DNA of 64,000 nt from Nostoc sp. (GTDB taxonomy: Bacteria > Cyanobacteriota > Cyanobacteriia > Cyanobacteriales > Nostocaceae). The notes under the pieces were generated by a model. It ran no database searches and was not told the DNA's origin. It saw only the letters and a list, made by a program, of their open reading frames with translations. The stretch covers positions 64,001-128,000 of the forward strand of contig JBALDB010000015.1 in NCBI GenBank assembly GCA_036918135.1. The letters are read 5' to 3'. This document shows, piece after piece, positions 1 to 10,807 of this stretch. The position numbers were made by a program, and so were the translations under genes. Positions within the stretch are counted from its first letter, which is position 1. Every line of letters starts with the position of its first letter.

Positions 1-206
1 CGGTAAGATTCTTTTAGACAACATAGTAATTTTTGTACTTCTAGGTAATTGGCCGGAATTTAAATTTTAAATTGGCGCGGGTATGCACAAACGAAAATTT
101 TCACAGATATAGAGTATGGGGCATTGGGCATTGGTTATTTCTCCCCCTGCCTCCCCTGCTCCCCCTGCTCCTCCACCCAGTCCCCTAAAAAGTAGATAGC
201 TGAATT

Positions 207-1307
207 ATGGCGATAATCTCCTCGAAAAAACAGCCTCCAGAACCTAACAAAGAACCGAAACAGCGTCGGGAATCGGCGAAAGCAGCATCCACAAACAATA
301 TTTTGCAAGCTGAAGCTGCTATTGATGAACAAGATAGGCAAGAAGAAAGTATTCGACCGCAGCGATTTACCGATTACATTGGGCAAAAAGATTTAAAGGA
401 TGTACTAGACATTGCCATCAAAGCAGCTAAGTCTCGTGGTGAAGTGCTAGATCACTTGCTGCTATATGGACCGCCAGGATTGGGTAAAACCACAATGGCA
501 ATGATTTTAGCATCGGAAATGGGGGTAAATTACAAAATTACCAGTGCCCCAGCGCTGGAACGTCCACGAGATATTATCGGGCTACTGGTCAACATGAAAC
601 CAGGGGATATCTTATTCGTGGACGAAATTCACCGCCTCTCCCGGATGACAGAAGAAATTCTCTATCCAGCGATGGAAGATTATCGGTTAGATATTACTAT
701 TGGTAAGGGTTCAAGCGCTCGGATTAGAAGTTTACCGCTGTCAAAGTTTACTTTAGTAGGAGCTACAACCCGCGTAGGTGCTTTAACCTCACCACTGCGC
801 GATCGCTTCGGCTTAGTTCAAAAGCTGCGATTTTATGAAGTTGATGAACTGAGTAAAATTGTACTCCGAAGCGCTGAATTACTCAAAACCCCTGTTACAG
901 AAGATGGTGCCGCAGAAATAGCGCGGCGATCGCGCGGTACACCACGGATTGCTAATAGACTACTCAAACGAGTACGTGATTATGCACAAGTAAAATTATC
1001 TGGAGAAATTACTGAAAGCGTTGCATCGGAAGCATTGCAACTATTCCAAGTAGACCCGTGTGGCTTAGATTGGACAGATCGGCAGATGCTCAGTGTAATT
1101 ATTGAACAATTTAACGGTGGGCCAGTAGGATTAGAAACAATGGCAGCCGCAACAGGTGAAGATACCCAAACAATTGAAGAGGTATACGAACCTTACCTGA
1201 TGCAAATTGGCTATTTAACTAGGACTCCTCGTGGCAGAATGGCGACAAAAGCAGCATACAAGCATTTGGGATTTACGCCACCTAGCGAACAATTGTCGTT
1301 ATTGTAA
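207..1307 (+). CDS. ruvB: Holliday junction branch migration helicase RuvB
   Basis: [12 protein letters not shown], Walker [38 protein letters not shown] and the C-terminal TPRGR motif. Confidence 0.98.
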   Translation: MAIISSKKQPPEPNKEPKQRRESAKAASTNNILQAEAAIDEQDRQEESIRPQRFTDYIGQKDLKDVLDIAIKAAKSRGEVLDHLLLYGPPGLGKTTMAMILASEMGVNYKITSAPALERPRDIIGLLVNMKPGDILFVDEIHRLSRMTEEILYPAMEDYRLDITIGKGSSARIRSLPLSKFTLVGATTRVGALTSPLRDRFGLVQKLRFYEVDELSKIVLRSAELLKTPVTEDGAAEIARRSRGTPRIANRLLKRVRDYAQVKLSGEITESVASEALQLFQVDPCGLDWTDRQMLSVIIEQFNGGPVGLETMAAATGEDTQTIEEVYEPYLMQIGYLTRTPRGRMATKAAYKHLGFTPPSEQLSLL

Positions 1308-1503
1308 TTAGGGAAAATCAGGCAAAGAGGGAGTGCTGATTGTTGAACGCCAGTTGCTACCCTTCGGGAACGCCAAGGGCGAACAAGCCGGTGAACCCGT
1401 CCAACGCACTGGCTCCTGATGACTGTTGAGTTAGGAATTATTTTCTTCCTCATCTCCCTCATCTTTCCATCTCCCCACTCCCCACCACTTACGGTAAATC
1501 CAG

Positions 1504-2310
1504 ATGATGAAGTTGATTGCTATTTTTCTTAGTTTGTTACTTGTGTTTGGCTGGGGTACACCAGTGATGGCACAATCTCAATTACCAAGTTTTACACCAG
1601 AGCAATTAAAACAAGGTGATGAGTGGGCAAATCAGGCTTTTGAAGCTACAAACAAGGGTGATTTTGCCACGGCTGAAACTTACTGGACAAAGATTATTGA
1701 GCAATTTCCGACGAATGCGGGGGCGTGGAGTAACCGAGGAAATTCGCGGGTAAGTCAGAATAAATTACAAGAGGCGCTGGCTGATTATAACAAAGCCATA
1801 GAACTTGCCCCAAATGCCACCGATCCTTATTTAAATCGAGGTGCGGCATTGGAAGGGTTGGGAAAATGGCAAGAGGCGATCGCAGATTATAATCATGTCC
1901 TAGAACTCGATCCTAACGATGCAATGGCATACAACAATCGCGGTAATGCTAAAGGTGGTTTAGGAAAATGGGATTTGGCGATTGCTGATTATAAAAAATC
2001 TAATCAGATAGCCCCGAATTTTGCTTTTGCTCGTGCTAATTACGCCCTCGCCCTTTACGAAACTGGGCAAACAGACCGAGCAATTCGGGAAATGCAAAAT
2101 ATCGTCCGCAAATATCCCAAATTTGCGGATATGCGTGCCGCCCTCACAGCTGCCTACTGGGTGAATGGAAAACAAGGGGAAGCCGAAAGTAACTGGGTAG
2201 CAGCTTATGGACTGGATAACCGTTATAAGGACATTAACTGGGTAAAAAATATCCGCCGTTGGCCTGCGAGTATGGTAGCAGCTTTAGATAAGTTTCTAAA
2301 ACTCCAGTAG
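1504..2310 (+). CDS. Tetratricopeptide repeat protein with N-terminal signal peptide
   Basis: Tandem TPR units (AWSNRG..ALADYNKAIELAP; AYNNRG..AIADY) and a hydrophobic N-terminus. Confidence 0.9.
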   Translation: MMKLIAIFLSLLLVFGWGTPVMAQSQLPSFTPEQLKQGDEWANQAFEATNKGDFATAETYWTKIIEQFPTNAGAWSNRGNSRVSQNKLQEALADYNKAIELAPNATDPYLNRGAALEGLGKWQEAIADYNHVLELDPNDAMAYNNRGNAKGGLGKWDLAIADYKKSNQIAPNFAFARANYALALYETGQTDRAIREMQNIVRKYPKFADMRAALTAAYWVNGKQGEAESNWVAAYGLDNRYKDINWVKNIRRWPASMVAALDKFLKLQ

Positions 2311-2346
2311 GCAAGTTATAGGGAAAGTCATCTCAACAGGACTAGA

Positions 2347-5151
2347 TTAGCTAATACTTTGCTTTGCCAACACAGCAGGGCCAGCAGTAACGATTACGAT
2401 TTTATCTGGGTGGACTAACTCCCTAGCTGCTTGATTGACTTCCTCAAAGGTGACTTTCTGGATTTTTTGAGTGAAGGAGTACAATTCAACTCGATTTAGT
2501 CCGTAGATTTCATTCATTAAAATTGTATCTGTTAATTCCTCTGGGTTTGCCAAGGAAACATTGTAATTACCGATAAGGGTGCGTTTAGCTGTTTCTACTT
2601 CTAGCCCAGTGACCCCTTGTTGACGAATTTGCTGTAGTATTTGGCGGGTACTAGCGATCGCTTTAGTGTTATCTTCTGGACTAGTTTGCATCTCAATCAA
2701 AAATGTCCCCGCATTTTTCCCGATTAGGAAGTAGCTATAAATTCCATAGCTCAAACCTTGGCGATCGCGCACTTCTGTTCCCAGTCTACTAGATAGGGTA
2801 TCGCCTCCCAAAATCTGGTTCAACACTAAAACTGCGTAAAATCGAGGATCGTAACGGTTAATACCTGTGTAACCCATACAAGTCACAGCTTGGGCTTTAC
2901 CTGCTAAGACTCGGTTGACACTGACTATTTTCTCTGGCAATGACACTGTAGGATATTTCAATGTCGGTGCTTGAGCGCTAACTTGCCAGTCAGCAAATTT
3001 CGCTTCGATAAGCGATCGCACTGACTCTAACTCAAAATCTCCCACCACTACTAGCACCGTTGTGTCAGGACGATAATGTTTGGCTTTGAAATCAATCGCA
3101 TCCTGGTGTTTAATTCGCTGTAAACTCTTCTCTGTAGGAAAGGTATGTAAAGGATGTTTTTGCGGATAAATTGACTGAACAAATATTCTTCTGGCTACTT
3201 CTGAGGGTTCATCTAATTCTATTTGCAAATCGGTTAAAGTTTGTTGGCGATGCAGTTCTAACTCTTTAACTGGAAATGTACTACTTTTCAGCACATCTGC
3301 CAAAATTTCGATGAGTATCGGCAAATCTGGTGCTAAACTATCACCCTCAATCTGCACACCTTCAGGGTAGGCATGAAAGTCTAGACTTGCACCTCGTTCT
3401 GCCAAAGTTTTGGCAATTGTTAAGACATCCTTAGTTTTTGTGCCACTAAGCAAATTTTCTGCAACAAAAGCAGCCAATCCCGCTTGCTCATCTGAATCAA
3501 ATTCTGTCCCTGCTTGAATGTAGCCGCTCAGGGTAACGGTGGGAGTGCTACGATCGCTTAACAGCAACAGCCGCAGTCCGTTGTCAAATTTGAATTGCTG
3601 TGGTAGTATCTGGGCGATGTCTTCTACGGCAAGCAACACATTTGTTACTAAATCGTCAGCTGGTAAGTACTTCGCCACTTCAGTAACCAGCGCAGGTGCG
3701 ACAGCAGAGAAATTTTCTGTAGTTTGGGTTAAATCTGGTTTATCACCAACTTCTGTTGTTTGCTTATGAGTTGGTTCAAAAAAGCCCACTGTACGTGCTT
3801 GTTGTGTAAGATATTTGTTGATTACAGCTACAACGTCCGTTGGCTTCACAAAACTGACAGCTGCTAAATAACGGTCTGTATAGCGATAATCATTAGCAGT
3901 GGTTTCATCATGACCCAATTGCATTGCTTGAGAAGTGATATCGCGATTACTCAAAATGACATCTGCTGTTAACTGAGTTTTGGCTCGTTCCACTTCCTCT
4001 AATGTCACACCTTTTTTTGCTACATTGGCGATCGCACTGCTTAGCACTGAGTCAATTTTTTTTAAATCTTGTTTAGATGCAGCCGTCACCAACACCTCAT
4101 ACCAGCCAAATTCCCGCAAACTGGTAACGGATGCTGTAACTTCATGAGCTAAACCTGATTCCACCAACGCTTGATAAAGACGAGAATTCCGTCCCTCAGT
4201 CAAAATATAATCCATCACATCCAGTGCGGGTACATCCGGTTGATTAATATCTGGTAAGGGATAAACCGCCTGCAACAAGCGCCCTACTCCTGGTTCTCGT
4301 AATACTATGGGAGTGCTGTTAGGGGTAGCGGGGCGTTTAGCATGTACTGACTGTTTACTGTCGAGTGAGGAATTATTATTCTCTCCTGTGCTGCTCTGCT
4401 CCTGAAGCCCTCTACTTTTTACCTTTGCATTGCTCGTAATTCCCACTTCCTGAGGATACCGAGTTTCCCGTCTCCTAACTCCTAACTCCTCAGTTGTGAC
4501 TTTCTTTAGTAATTCGCCAAATATTTCTTTAACAATTTTCAGAGTATCTGCTGTTTGAAAATCTCCAACAATTACTAAGACAGCATTATCGGGAGTGTAG
4601 AAATTGCGGTAATATTTTTTTACTTGGTCAAGTTCAAATTTTTTGACATCATCTGTAGTTCCACCTACAGGTAATCCATAGGCATGATTGGGAAATACTG
4701 CTTGCATCACGGCGCGGTTAAGGCGATATTCTGGGCTATTTTCGTAACCTTGGAGTTCAGAAATTATTACCCGCTTTTCACTTGCTAGTTGTTCTGCTTC
4801 TATCTGGGAATTTTGCATTCTATCAGCTTCCAGCACCAAGAGTGCTTTGAGTTTGCTTCGTTCCACAGTCCCGTAATATGCAGTTTGGTCATAGCTGGTG
4901 AAAGCATTAGAGTCACTACCTAAAGCACTAAACAAACGTCCAAATTGAATCGGACGATTTTTTGTGCCTTTAAACATCATGTGTTCCAATTGGTGAGCAA
5001 TACCATTTACTCCCGCTTCCTCATTCCGCGAGCCTATTTTATACCACAATTGCACCGTTACCACTGGCGCACTATGCACTTCCTTTGTGAGGACAATTAA
5101 ACCATTTTCCAGTACTGTCTTGCGGACGTTTTCTGTCAGTGTTGAGGGCAT
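2347..5151 (-). CDS. M16 family zinc metallopeptidase (pitrilysin/PqqL-like, two fused halves)
   Basis: Inverted zincin HxxEH motif (AHQLEHMMFKG), NAFTSYDQT, and an inactive second half ending VRDRQGLSYG. ATG at 5151 chosen over the upstream TTG. Confidence 0.92.
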   Translation of the reverse strand: MPSTLTENVRKTVLENGLIVLTKEVHSAPVVTVQLWYKIGSRNEEAGVNGIAHQLEHMMFKGTKNRPIQFGRLFSALGSDSNAFTSYDQTAYYGTVERSKLKALLVLEADRMQNSQIEAEQLASEKRVIISELQGYENSPEYRLNRAVMQAVFPNHAYGLPVGGTTDDVKKFELDQVKKYYRNFYTPDNAVLVIVGDFQTADTLKIVKEIFGELLKKVTTEELGVRRRETRYPQEVGITSNAKVKSRGLQEQSSTGENNNSSLDSKQSVHAKRPATPNSTPIVLREPGVGRLLQAVYPLPDINQPDVPALDVMDYILTEGRNSRLYQALVESGLAHEVTASVTSLREFGWYEVLVTAASKQDLKKIDSVLSSAIANVAKKGVTLEEVERAKTQLTADVILSNRDITSQAMQLGHDETTANDYRYTDRYLAAVSFVKPTDVVAVINKYLTQQARTVGFFEPTHKQTTEVGDKPDLTQTTENFSAVAPALVTEVAKYLPADDLVTNVLLAVEDIAQILPQQFKFDNGLRLLLLSDRSTPTVTLSGYIQAGTEFDSDEQAGLAAFVAENLLSGTKTKDVLTIAKTLAERGASLDFHAYPEGVQIEGDSLAPDLPILIEILADVLKSSTFPVKELELHRQQTLTDLQIELDEPSEVARRIFVQSIYPQKHPLHTFPTEKSLQRIKHQDAIDFKAKHYRPDTTVLVVVGDFELESVRSLIEAKFADWQVSAQAPTLKYPTVSLPEKIVSVNRVLAGKAQAVTCMGYTGINRYDPRFYAVLVLNQILGGDTLSSRLGTEVRDRQGLSYGIYSYFLIGKNAGTFLIEMQTSPEDNTKAIASTRQILQQIRQQGVTGLEVETAKRTLIGNYNVSLANPEELTDTILMNEIYGLNRVELYSFTQKIQKVTFEEVNQAARELVHPDKIVIVTAGPAVLAKQSIS

Positions 5152-5428
5152 TATTATTTTTGTTAGCAAGCAAAACTTGTATTTTTATTTATATGTAAAT
5201 TAAAACTGTTTTCATTTATTTCAACCACAATCTTGCGTAGGGGTACAGCGGTATCCATTGGTGTCAATTCAATTTTTGAAAAAACTCGCCCTCACCTTGA
5301 AAAGGCTGATTCTTTATCTCTATTCCCTACCTATGCCGTAACAGTTTAAAAATCAAAGCAGATTACTATAGTTCGGCAACATTCCAGAAAAAGAATATAT
5401 TAGCAACAAAATTCATTAAAAAGTTAAA

Positions 5429-5857
5429 TTATGGCAGTTTTGCTAAAACACGAATAAATTCCAGAGGTAAGCCGTCAGTATCGGCAATAAAAAGAACTTC
5501 GTAAATGCGATCGCCTATTTGCTGTTGTGTTGGTTCTAATAATACCTTTAACGGTTGTAATTCTTCTGTTTTTAATACACGTTCTTGTAAACTTGTCAAC
5601 CAGCTAGGTAAATCTGCCGCGACCTCAGTTAAATCGAATGAGAGATGATAATATCCCACATAATGTTCGTCAGCAAATGCATTTGGGGCGGGTTTTGGTT
5701 CGGGAATTTGGATTAGTTCGATTCTGCCACCCAATCCTTCCATCCAGCAAGCTAGGGTGTAGCCTGTAGTAAAGCGTTCTGAAATTGTAAATCCTAAATG
5801 TTCGTAGAAAGCGATCGCTCGATGAATATTCGCTGTCCGAATAGAAGCGTGGTGCAT
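5429..5857 (-). CDS. VOC/glyoxalase family protein
   Basis: MHHASIRT..AIAFYE.LGF, YYHLSF and FIADTDGLPLEF match the VOC pattern. Confidence 0.88.
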   Translation of the reverse strand: MHHASIRTANIHRAIAFYEHLGFTISERFTTGYTLACWMEGLGGRIELIQIPEPKPAPNAFADEHYVGYYHLSFDLTEVAADLPSWLTSLQERVLKTEELQPLKVLLEPTQQQIGDRIYEVLFIADTDGLPLEFIRVLAKLP

Positions 5858-6014
5858 ATTTGTTCTTAGTCCTTGGTCATTTGTCAGTTGTCCTTTGCTG
5901 TAAAGTTACGATCGGGGATTTGGCTGGTCATAACTTTATACTTTGTCCTACATTATTCACTAATGACTAATACTTCGGGTTGGCTCAGTACAAGTGACAA
6001 ATGACCAATGACCA

Positions 6015-6527
6015 TTACTCAAATAACCTGAAATAAGGGTAGCGCACAGGGACACCAGGTTCTTTTTCCAAGTCAAAATTAATTACTTCCCAGCAGGGAT
6101 CTTCTGGAGGTTCGGGACTAAACTCTACGGGTAAACCGTACAATCGTGCAGCTGTTGCTTCTGGCTGTCCAGAACGCCAAGGTGTACTGCGTTCCAAGTA
6201 GCCACTCATCAATTCCTGATAGCGTCGAGCAATAATTACTCGTGTTGCTCGATAGCCTTGGGTATACAGCTTATCTAACGCTTCATGAATTTCAAACCGG
6301 ATACCATCAGGATGAGTATGCTGTCTATACCATTCATTATTCCACCGCCGCCAATGACGCCCTGATTGCAAATGGATCAACTCTCCATTTTTCGGGTTAG
6401 CTTCAAAAGCGCCATGACGCGGACATAAATAGGTATCTGTTAGTGTCAACGCCGGAATAGTCTGCCGACAGTGGGGACACTGTATTTCAGGGCCAAATAT
6501 TGGGTACTGCAAGCCTGGATTCATCAT
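6015..6527 (-). CDS. Conserved cyanobacterial protein (TIGR02652/DUF2396-like, Cys/His motifs)
   Basis: CPHC...LCPRHG motifs; family recognised from memory. Confidence 0.8.
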   Translation of the reverse strand: MMNPGLQYPIFGPEIQCPHCRQTIPALTLTDTYLCPRHGAFEANPKNGELIHLQSGRHWRRWNNEWYRQHTHPDGIRFEIHEALDKLYTQGYRATRVIIARRYQELMSGYLERSTPWRSGQPEATAARLYGLPVEFSPEPPEDPCWEVINFDLEKEPGVPVRYPYFRLFE

Positions 6528-6828
6528 GAAGTGCGTACAAACATAATTTTGTCTTTACCAGCACTAAACACTAGTAGGTTGGGTTATACACTTCGGCTCC
6601 GCCACTTTGGGATATTTACTCACTGCAAGCTCAACAAATAAATCCTGGGTCGTGAGTTTTAAGTTTTTCATGAAGAATTCTCCTTGAACTCAACACTCAT
6701 CAGTACTTCGTTAAGCAACTCAGTACTCCTGAATCTAGAGGCTTGACGCTGTGATATCCTGGTTGTGCAACCAGCCTCAAAGGTTGGAGTTTCTCCAGTG
6801 TTCCTGGGTACCATACTAATATTCTATC

Positions 6829-7356
6829 GTGTCTACCGCTTCTTACTGGACATCTGTCGATTTTTCTCAAGCTGCCTTCATTGCAGCCAATGCTGTTGTT
6901 ATCGGTTCGGTAAACATAGCACCCAAAGTGAGCATTTGGTATGGAGCAGTGGTTAGGGGAGATGTTGAACGCATTGAAATTGGCGAATGCACGAATATTC
7001 AGGATGGGGCAATTTTACATTGCGATCCTGGTTTTCCCACAATCATAGAAGATCATGTGACGATAGGGCATCGTGCTGTGGTACATTCGGCTTACATTGA
7101 GCGTGGAAGTTTAATCGGCATTGGTGCAGTGATTTTAGACGGTGTACGAGTGGGTACTGGTAGCATTATTGGCGCTGGTGCAGTGGTAACTAAAAATATA
7201 CCCCCCTTATCCTTAGTTGTCGGCATTCCTGGCAAAGTACAACGCCAAGTAACAGAAGTTGAAGCCGCGGAACTCATCGAACACGCTAAGCGTTACGAAA
7301 AGTTAGCTTTAGTTCATGCAGGTAAAGGTACTGATATTGGCTTTGGCAAGGCTTAG
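6829..7356 (+). CDS. Gamma carbonic anhydrase family hexapeptide-repeat protein
   Basis: [19 protein letters not shown] and TIGHRAVVH (three metal-binding His); GTG start. Confidence 0.92.
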   Translation: MSTASYWTSVDFSQAAFIAANAVVIGSVNIAPKVSIWYGAVVRGDVERIEIGECTNIQDGAILHCDPGFPTIIEDHVTIGHRAVVHSAYIERGSLIGIGAVILDGVRVGTGSIIGAGAVVTKNIPPLSLVVGIPGKVQRQVTEVEAAELIEHAKRYEKLALVHAGKGTDIGFGKA

Positions 7357-7676
7357 GAGTAGGAGATGTGGTTCGACTTTGCGGTAGTTGAATCTCGACT
7401 TCGCTCGATTTCTACGTAGTCGAAACTCACCAACCGGGAGATGAGAAAGATGTTGATAGAGGAGAGAATAATAACTTTTCACTTAACAACAGTCAGTGCG
7501 TTGCGTATTTTCCCCCTGTACAAGCAACTGGCTCTCAACAGTTAACATTCGCCCTTTGACTAATAATTTAAACATTCTTTACATATCAATTGGGAAAAAT
7601 TGCCCACTTCAGCTAAAAATAAAAATGAGAGAAGTTGACAAAACTTTAATTTCTACTTAAAAGAGGGGTTCTAGAT

Positions 7677-7802
7677 ATGGATATCGATTTCCGTTTAGCC
7701 ATCGTTTTAGCACCAGTTGCTATTGCTGCTGGCTGGGCAGTGTTTAATATTGGTGCTGCGGCTTTAAGACAAATTCAAGGCTTTTTAGATAGGGAAGCCT
7801 AA
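7677..7802 (+). CDS. psbY: Photosystem II protein Y (41 aa; absent from the ORF track)
   Basis: Translates as [41 protein letters not shown], the PsbY signature. Preceded by AGAGGGG. Confidence 0.95.
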   Translation: MDIDFRLAIVLAPVAIAAGWAVFNIGAAALRQIQGFLDREA

Positions 7803-7827
7803 ATTAGGCTTAATATCATTACTTTCC

Positions 7828-7866
7828 AACCGACTGTTTCTCTTTACTAGGACAGTCGGTTTTATT
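7828..7866 (+). terminator. Intrinsic terminator after psbY
   Basis: Stem AACCGACTGT / ACAGTCGGTT followed by a T-rich tail. Confidence 0.7.
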
Positions 7867-7991
7867 CATAGTGAGCATTGGGAGTGCCGAGTTAGGAGTT
7901 ATTCTGCACCTAAAGCCCCTTTGCTTCCCATCTCCCTATTGCCCCTAATCCCCACTTCGTGGGGGCTTTGAGTTCCCCATTTACTCTTCTC

Positions 7992-9290
7992 GTGGATATC
8001 GATTCTGTAATCCAACCCTTGCAACGCTTTGGTGTCCATCTAGGACTCGATCGCATTGTCAATCTTTTGGCAAATCTTGGCAATCCCCATCACCAAGTTC
8101 CGGTAATTCACGTTGCTGGCACCAATGGAAAAGGTTCCGTTTGTGCTTATCTTTCCTCGGTACTCACTGAGACCGATTATCGTACAGGACGGTACACTTC
8201 TCCCCATTTAGTCCATTGGACGGAACGTATTTGTCTCAATGAACAGCCAATTTCATCTGAAGAACTAAAGCAATTATTCCAAACAGTCCAAGCCGCGATT
8301 CCTGCTAACGAACAATCACCAACTCAATTTGAAGTAATTACCGCAGCAGCTTGGTTGTATTTTGCCCAAGCTAAAGTTGATGTCGCAGTTGTAGAAGTCG
8401 GACTAGGAGGGCGCTTGGATGCTACCAATGTTTGTTTAAAACCGTTAGTGACAATTATCACTTCCATTAGCCGAGAACACTGGCAACAACTTGGCCCCAC
8501 GATTTCTGATATTGCTAGAGAAAAAGCGGGTATTCTCAAACCTGGATGTCCTGTTGTGGTTGGGCCATTGCCACCAGATGCCGAAGATGTGGTGCGATCG
8601 CGTGCTTTAGAATTAGAATGCCCAATTTTTACACCTCAACCCGCCCGTCAAATCTCCACAGAATCGGCGGAATATTTATCAATACAAAATTCAAAATTAA
8701 TTGAATATCCATTGGCGTTAGCCGGACAAATTCAATTAACTAATTCAGCTTTGGCTTTAGCTTGTTTGGAAATTCTCCAAAAACAAGGTTGGCAGATTTC
8801 TGAAGCAACCATCATTAACGGGATGGCGAAAACTCAATGGCCGGGGCGGATGCAATGGACTAGTTGGAAAAATCATCAATTATTACTTGATGGCGCTCAC
8901 AATCCCGCCGCAGCCCAAATTCTCCGTCAGTATGTCGATAGCTTAAATGCAGTCAACCATGAGCCAGTCAATTGGGTTATGGGAATGTTTTCCGATAAGG
9001 ATCATGCTGATATTTTTGCCGCACTGTTGCGGCCAGGCGATCGCCTTTCTTTAGTACCAATACCAGTAGAATCTTGGCCAGGTCGAACTTCTGCTGACCT
9101 AGATGAATTAGCCAATTTAGCTGACATTACCTGTCCAGAATTAAGCGATCGCCAAAAGTATCCAGATTTATTCACAGCATTAGAAGCCGTAATATCAACC
9201 GCTACCACAGACGATTTAATCGTTATATGTGGTTCGCTTTACTTAGTAGGCAATTTTTTAGCAACTACTAATATAATTAGTAAATCATAA
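7992..9290 (+). CDS. folC: Folylpolyglutamate/dihydrofolate synthase
   Basis: HVAGTNGKGS, YTSPHL, EVGLGGRLDATNV, WPGR and LDGAHNP motifs. GTG at 7992 is the likely start (ORF opens at 7959). Confidence 0.96.
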   Translation: MDIDSVIQPLQRFGVHLGLDRIVNLLANLGNPHHQVPVIHVAGTNGKGSVCAYLSSVLTETDYRTGRYTSPHLVHWTERICLNEQPISSEELKQLFQTVQAAIPANEQSPTQFEVITAAAWLYFAQAKVDVAVVEVGLGGRLDATNVCLKPLVTIITSISREHWQQLGPTISDIAREKAGILKPGCPVVVGPLPPDAEDVVRSRALELECPIFTPQPARQISTESAEYLSIQNSKLIEYPLALAGQIQLTNSALALACLEILQKQGWQISEATIINGMAKTQWPGRMQWTSWKNHQLLLDGAHNPAAAQILRQYVDSLNAVNHEPVNWVMGMFSDKDHADIFAALLRPGDRLSLVPIPVESWPGRTSADLDELANLADITCPELSDRQKYPDLFTALEAVISTATTDDLIVICGSLYLVGNFLATTNIISKS

Positions 9291-9312
9291 TTACAAATTA
9301 CCAATTACAAAT

Positions 9313-10611
9313 TTACCTTTGATTCCACTGTTGTGCAGCATCTTCTACCGCTTTATCTACTGTTTTCTCGCCTAACATTGCTGCTTGTAAGTTCTCATAA
9401 ACTGCTTTTTGCAGTTGATTAAAATCTTTCAAAGTGGGAGTTAATATTTCTGCGTGTTGTAATTCCTTAGCACTGATGACTCGCGCTTTTTCTATTGTTG
9501 AAGCATTAGCTGGAACATCTTTAAAATAGCTGTCAGACAATGCTTTGACTGTAGAGGGTAATACATTCGCGGCTTTTGCAAAGGCTAACTGATTTTCGTC
9601 ATTGGTGACAAATAAAGCAAACTTCACGGCGGCGTCTGGTTGTTTGCTGTCGCGGGGAATAACTATGTTCATCACGGCAACATTTTTCTTACCTGTATCG
9701 CCGGTGAGTTGGGGCGCTATTTCTGAAGCTTGAGCAATTTTCGGGGCATTATTAGCGATCGCTTTGAGAAACTCTGGCCCAGAAGCTAGAAACACTGTTT
9801 CTCCAGATTGGTACAAATCAATCGCGTGGCGATGTCCTTGAGTCAAAGCCTCTTTAGGTAATAAGCCTTTTTTATACAAGTCTACCCAATACTGAAATGC
9901 TGCTTTCCCTTGTGGCGAATTAAACGCGGCTTTACCTTGGGCATCTATTAAAGTCACTCCCATCTGTACAAAAGATTCCAGTACTTCCCCGGAGTCTTGC
10001 GGTACAAATGTCACAAAAAAAGCATATTTTCCAGTCTTATCTTTAATTTGTTGCGCTATTTGTGCTAATTCTGCGTAAGTAGCAGGTGGTTTACTGATAC
10101 CTGCTTGTTTTAATAAATCAGTGTTATAAATGGTTAACCGCGTAGTGAGATACCAGGGAATTCCAAAACTCTTACCATTAAGCGTGGAAGATTCCCAAAT
10201 ATTCGGTAGATAGGAGGAACGTACATCATTTGGAACTTTCGTATCCAAATCTAACCAAGCATTACGTCCTGCAAGTTGAGACGCAAAACCGGGATTGAGG
10301 TTAACAACATCAGGTGGCGTTTTTCCTGAGACAGCTGCTAATATTTTGTTCTCCATTGCTGCCCAAGGTACATCAACCCAGTTAACCTTTATACCAGAAT
10401 TTTGCGATTCAAAATTTGTAATCAGGCCTTTGAAGTAGTCAGTAAATTGAGGTTGGAGTTGCATCGTCCAAAATTCAATCGTTGTCCCTCTTGAAGTAGC
10501 TTGTTTTGTATCCGTACCAACATTACCTGTACTGCAACTTACAATCCAACTAGTTAACAGGCCAAGCAGTAGTAAAGCAGTAAATTGTTTAAATTTTCGT
10601 AATTGAATCAT
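9313..10611 (-). CDS. Carbohydrate ABC transporter substrate-binding lipoprotein
   Basis: Lipobox IVSC, PPDVVNLN, GIPWY..IYNTDLL.AG..PP.T..EL (SBP family 1). Confidence 0.9.
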   Translation of the reverse strand: MIQLRKFKQFTALLLLGLLTSWIVSCSTGNVGTDTKQATSRGTTIEFWTMQLQPQFTDYFKGLITNFESQNSGIKVNWVDVPWAAMENKILAAVSGKTPPDVVNLNPGFASQLAGRNAWLDLDTKVPNDVRSSYLPNIWESSTLNGKSFGIPWYLTTRLTIYNTDLLKQAGISKPPATYAELAQIAQQIKDKTGKYAFFVTFVPQDSGEVLESFVQMGVTLIDAQGKAAFNSPQGKAAFQYWVDLYKKGLLPKEALTQGHRHAIDLYQSGETVFLASGPEFLKAIANNAPKIAQASEIAPQLTGDTGKKNVAVMNIVIPRDSKQPDAAVKFALFVTNDENQLAFAKAANVLPSTVKALSDSYFKDVPANASTIEKARVISAKELQHAEILTPTLKDFNQLQKAVYENLQAAMLGEKTVDKAVEDAAQQWNQR

Positions 10612-10807
10612 TTTCCCAGTATTTTTACGCTTGATCGGGCTGAAAATCTTATGCAGAATTGACGAGATTATAGGCTAAATCAATTACCAGTATTAGAGAT
10701 AACTAGGGAATGGGGACTGGGGATCGGGGAAATAAGAGTAAAAATACTATTTTCCAATACCCAATACCCAATCTCCAATTCAATTTACCAGTCCAGCGGG
10801 CACAACT

